A stretch of DNA of 63,946 nucleotides, the filler included, from Klebsormidium nitens (Eukaryota; Plantae; Klebsormidiophyceae), in NCBI GenBank assembly GCA_000708835.1. It is 7 parts of 7 records of this genome, joined end to end, with 100 filler letters (N's around TTAATTAATTAA, not from the genome) between each part and the next. Parts side by side here need not be neighbours in the genome. Positions count along the whole stretch, not along the records: positions 58,901 to 62,501 come from DF238563.1; positions 62,602 to 63,946 come from DF238162.1; 5 more parts are not named here. The stretch is one strand, 5' to 3'. The notes under the pieces were generated by a model, which ran no database searches, was not told where the DNA came from, and saw nothing but the letters and a program-made list of their open reading frames with translations. A program made the translations under genes and the position numbers. Shown here one piece after another: positions 59,653 through 63,946 of this stretch. Position 1 is the first letter of the stretch. Every line of letters begins with the position of its first letter.

Positions 59653-60725
59653 CGCTATTTCGGTCCACAAGGGAGATTTCAAGTTCCGGGTTAGAAACGC
59701 GGTTTCCGATTTCCGGTCAAAACCCTACTGGGTCAGCGCGGCCACAGAATTTGCTAGCTGGACTAGAGTACTACTAAGGCTGACCGGACTGACTGACTGA
59801 CTACCTAACTGCAGTCGGTTGGGTTGCAAAGACATCCTAACCATCCAACCTGACTGACCTCCTAACCAAACTGCATTGAGCCCACCCCTGGCCTGACCGA
59901 CTGACCGCCTAACCGGTGCACTCTTGGCACCGATTAAATAGCCCGGTCAGAAAGGTACAAACGGTGGAGAGGGGGGGTAGGCGGGTGGGGGCCGAAGGCC
60001 GGGGTGGTCATGCTTGGGACACACCCCATAGACGATTTAAAGGTGAATATCATTTTTTTACACCAACAAGATCATTCCCGGGGGACGGGTGGGGTAGGCT
60101 TGGTGGTTAGGGTGGGTTCGGGTGCGGAGCGACTCTCTTATTATCCCGGTTAGGTGTTTTAGTTTGGCCGTTCCATCGTGTACTATAATATGGTAAATAC
60201 ATGGATACGGAATGCACAGAATAAAGTTATAACATATTAGCGGAATGAAGTTACAACTTACAGCTGTGGTCACCGGTAAAGGTGCACAGGGTACAGTCTT
60301 CTGTACATGCACGTAGTACCTACGGTATTGCCAGCGGTACCGTACGGTTCTTCCGATAGTCAGCCTGTCAGTCAGTCAGGCTAGTTAGGCTAATAGAGTT
60401 TTAATCGGGAGTCGGTCAGTCGGTTAGTCAGTCAGGCTGGTTAGGATTAGAGTATCCGCGAGCAGTCAGCCGGTCAGTCAGCCTGGCTAGTTAAGCCTAC
60501 ATGGAAACAGTCAGCGGGTCAGTCAGTCAGGTCGGTTAGTCCGCCGGGTGACTGAAGGTCTAGTCAGCCGGTCAGTCAGTCAGGCTGGTCAGGGCGGGGA
60601 CGGTCAAGGCAGCGGTCAGGCAGTCAGTCGGTCAGCCAGTGGTCTAGACAGTCCCGGAACAGTGGGTCACACAGTGGGTCACGGGAACGGAAAACTTGAA
60701 ATCTCCCCTGTGGACTAGATTAGCG
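59653..60725. mobile_element. Non-autonomous foldback-type element with terminal inverted repeats and inverted (TGAC)/(GTCA) arrays
   Basis: GTCCACAAGGGAGATTTCAAGTT (59663-59685) versus AACTTGAAATCTCCCCTGTGGAC (60693-60715), one mismatch. GACTGACT-rich left arm (~59760-59935) and AGTCAGTC-rich right arm (~60355-60645). No TSD recognised. Confidence 0.65.
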
Positions 60726-61104
60726 TGGCGGTATAGCAGCGGTGGACCGGCGCCCTTGAGAAAATGGCCCTTGCTATAAAAGGAGAAGCGTTTGTCGATC
60801 GATGCAAGTCCTAAGGAGTCACATTTTGTACCTGCCCGGCTAATAAGTCCTCGATGGAGAGAACAGCATCTCCTAGCGTAATTGCACACCGACAACAAGC
60901 AAGCAAGACACAGCATTCTCACAGTTCCACACCCTGCCTTGCTGTGTCTTGTTTGCTTGTTGTCGGCACGGCGATAGGACGACAGTCTGCTCCGTCCTCT
61001 TAGCGCCAGCTGCTGCGCTCGTGTAGACTAGTCACCAGCTCGTCAGCCCTTCTCCGCGTTGCTTCTCCTCAAAAGTCAATCCTTAAGAACCTTACAATTC
61101 CAAA

Positions 61105-61761
61105 ATGGCAGTCCGCATCGCTTCCGGCGGTGCGCTTCTGTTCGTCATAGCAGCACTGCCAGTGCTGGCTTTTGCGTTTGAAAGCCAAGGGGGAGGAAGA
61201 GCTGGGGGAAGCGGCACAGGGGGGGGGACGCAGATCGTCAGTTCCCTTTCTCCAGTCAGGGGGCTGCCAGCGCTAGCAATGGTACGTCAGGGGTAGGCCA
61301 GATTACCTCTGATCCGCTGCCCACTTTCCCCCCTAAGCCGGTTACAAACCCGTGCAACACCAACCCCATCCTCAAGGACGTGACCGGTGCCAAGTGCTTC
61401 GTTGTGTCTCTGGGGTCAATCCGATTGTGCAGGACTGAATTCGAAGGGGGACCCCCATCCCCACATCCTGTTGCTGGCACACGTGAACGAAAAGGGGCTC
61501 TACGTTGAGGACAAGCACGAATACTTTCCGTACCCGGCCTTTTCACCGCTTGTGTGCTGCCAGAAGTGCCGGAATGACCCGGACTGCGTCTACTGGAAAG
61601 TCGGCAAAAGCTCACACTCGGAGAATTGGCTCTGCATCACCATGTTGGGCGCGCAGTGCGCGAGCGGAGCTATCACGGGGTCGGCACCCCTCACTTCCGG
61701 CGACGACGTCCAAAACTATCTGCATGGATTCGACTGCCTCGCGGCGAAGAGCGTGCCCTGA
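61105..61761 (+). CDS. Small secreted Cys-rich protein with PAN/Apple-like motif; the model needs a frameshift in a G9 run
   Basis: Signal peptide MAVRIASGGALLFVIAALPVLAFA. One extra G at 61219-61227 would give a continuous Gly/Ser/Pro-rich linker. A probable short intron ends in tgcag; then CCQKCRNDPDCVYW. Confidence 0.5.
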
Positions 61762-62501
61762 AAGTGGCGGCACCTTCGAGCTGAATCGGAGAAGGTAAGC
61801 GAGCTAGGAACCAGTTGTTACCTTGCTTACCCGAGTCTTACTTCAAAACCTTTCTGTCTGATTGTTCCAAGTTGCGCGCTGAAGTCATCCTTATTCAAGG
61901 ACCTTCAAAGAGCTGCTGAAGTTGTTTAGCTTCCTCTCATAGCAAACCGGCCCGGGGTTGCTAGCATGGTGTTTCTGAAGATGCTTAATTGACTATGGTG
62001 AATCGACATTCTCAGCAAAGAGCCCAGCTGAGTTTTCTCTGTGGTTTGAAGAGCACCGGCAGACATTCTTGAGCTGTACGGTTTGAACGCTATTCCGTTT
62101 GGCAACGCTTGACTTCGATCCAAGGGCGCCGGCGTTGCTATAGCCTTTTTGAATATATGACGACGAGTTTTGCAGGATTCTCGAACATCGAGACCAGCTT
62201 GCGCTTGCAACTGAACCTTGCATCATGCGAAGGCCGAAACTTTTCGTGCTGTTTTCTTACAGGGCCGCCTGGCTGGACTTGAGGAGTAAGATACGTGTAC
62301 CGAATATTTTGACCATGGTAGAACCAGTGCACTTCCAAGTCTTATGCACGTTGGGCAAGAAATTACTGGAACGCTGCTATTTCTGCGGCTGATCACGCAC
62401 GGAATTGTTAAGGTGGTAAGACGGTATTCGACAGTGGGAGCATGTTCAAAACCCTAAAACTTGATGTACCTAGAGTTCATGGATTTGCAATCCGTTTTTC
62501 C

Positions 62502-62601
62502 NNNNNNNNNNNNNNNNNNNNNNNNNNNNNNNNNNNNNNNNNNNNTTAATTAATTAANNNNNNNNNNNNNNNNNNNNNNNNNNNNNNNNNNNNNNNNNNN
62601 N
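62502..62601. other. Artificial contig spacer
   Basis: N44-TTAATTAATTAA-N44. Confidence 0.98.
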
Positions 62602-63940
62602 TTCGGCTCGAATACAATCTGATCGTATTCTCGGCGCTTGGAACTGCTCTCCCAGAATCTGGCAACCTCTTTGCTCTTTCCAGACAGGCTTTCGAGCTGG
62701 AAATTCTTGCAGACCTCGAGGAAGTTGCGGCCGGACCGGTGGATGGTCTCCTCGGGCTCAAGCTTCCCACTTGCATCTCTCGAGTAGATCGTCTCCAGAT
62801 AGACTGCTTTTGTCGAGCGGACGACGGCAAAGTAATGGTTCATGGTACGCAAGACGAGATCGTGCAAGTCCATTTTTGCTCTTTTTGTTTGTTCGTCATC
62901 TTCTTTCTTCTTCTTTTTCTCTTCCCCTTCATCTGTGGACGGCTTGAAGGGAAGAATGTAGCTATCGCAAGTCCTGAAAAGTTCCCCGTCCACTCTCAGG
63001 GGCAAACACTCGGGCCAAAAGTGAATGCCTAGCAGTTGCTTTGACCGATCAATGCACCTTGGACTCAGACAACGGTACACGAGAATGCACCCGTTGCTCA
63101 AGATACTACACTGATTCGAATCGTGTTGGTGATCATTTAAGCAAGTTCGCACACCGTTCGTCCTGAACTTTAGGATTCGCCACCCATTAGAGGTCCTCTT
63201 CTCAATCCCGCTGAAAGTGCTAGTCTCGTCTTGCACTTTATCACGCAGCAATCTCTTGATCTCTCGAAGCGCACCCTCCAATCCAGAGAGGGCCTTCGTG
63301 TCTTGCACATGTTCAAGAGGTGTTGATGATATTGATGTTGACTTGTCAACAACATATGGGGTTGCATTCAAGTCATTCTTGCATGAACTGTGCTTTTTGA
63401 TGTCGTCGGTTGCACTTCGTTGAACGTGATCGTTGAGAAACTTTACGAGCCACGAAGGCATGTCTTGACATGCTTGAAAGCTGGCAGGCCCGTTGAGCCA
63501 TTTGTATATGTCGCAAGCTTGCCCTGATTGTTAACGTAGCTTGCAGGCTGAGCAAAAACGATTCCTCCACCGGCTCGACCGTCAATACCGTATCCGATGT
63601 TATCAACCTTGATGCCTGCAAAGTTACGGGTGCATCCGAGGCCGGGTGTAGCTGCCTTAAAGTAAAAATGATAGCCACCGGATCCTGATTGTGCCTTTAG
63701 TGTTTGAGGCTCACCATGTTCCTCGACAAGTCGGTTCCAGAGTTGGATCCCCGGTGATCTTCCATCTTTGCTGGACACATCAATATCGACCACAAAGATC
63801 ATACTGGGACGTGTCAAAATTGCCATGCCGTTGGCGTTCTTCCTTTCTTGCTTTGCTTTGTTGATAGAATGTTTCCACACCTCTGGGGTTGTGATATCTG
63901 CGTATTTGTATGGAAATTTGGCATCTTTCTTACCCTCCAT
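62602..63940 (-). pseudogene. Prim-Pol (bifunctional primase/polymerase) plus Zn motif plus start of an NrS-1/D5-like helicase; frameshifted and 3' truncated
   Basis: AILT...IFVVDIDV...SGSGGYHFYF...IDGRAGGGIVFAQPAS. Removing 2 nt at ~63505-63508 gives TYKWLNGPASFQACQDMPSWL, joining the two ORFs. Then CLNDHQHDSN...YRCLSPRC and FWESSSKRREYDQIVFEP. Confidence 0.8.
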
Positions 63941-63946
63941 TTTATT

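Noticed and set aside
2100-61227. Widespread pseudogenisation or recoding, suggested by frameshifts at ~2110, 5805, 9860, ~37925 and 61219
   Set aside because: Most sit in homopolymer runs of otherwise intact genes, the pattern expected from sequencing or assembly error; this cannot be claimed without reads.
31947-62601. Apparent clustering of viral, transposon and host genes into one island
   Set aside because: Six artificial spacers separate the contigs, so adjacency across them carries no biological information. The TTAATTAATTAA motif is a linker, not a genomic repeat.

Overview
Eukaryotic, intron-rich DNA from a streptophyte green alga. Klebsormidium is the best guess (inference from a TTTTAGGG telomere plus land-plant-type genes); Chlamydomonadales share that telomere motif. 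The window is not one locus. Six artificial N44-TTAATTAATTAA-N44 spacers join seven unrelated contigs: 1-31946, 32047-45859, 45960-49992, 50093-53433, 53534-58800, 58901-62501 and 62602-63946. Contigs 1-2 hold spliced host genes that I reconstructed by hand: DHNA-CoA thioesterase, BCL7/BDH, cysteine synthase, DUF179, PRCC, a GT90 glycosyltransferase, PDCD5 and glyoxalase II, and contig 2 ends in a telomere. The small contigs hold mobile and viral DNA: a Harbinger-like Myb/SANT gene, a TRIM-like mini LTR element, a retro-protease with a mutated catalytic motif, a foldback element and a frameshifted Prim-Pol/helicase. Main highlights: (1) contig 5 is an intronless, densely packed giant-virus (NCLDV)-like block pairing a P8/DUF5761-like minor capsid gene and RNase HI with a kinase-only WNK, a secreted thaumatin and a Cys/His-repeat nuclease; (2) three introns carry tandem repeats whose unit contains the 3' splice site and first codons of the next exon; (3) a TRIM with a tRNA-like internal segment; (4) a MITE nested in the TIR of another MITE. 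All family assignments come from motif recognition by eye, not database searches. Several genes have single-base frameshifts in homopolymers that may be assembly errors.
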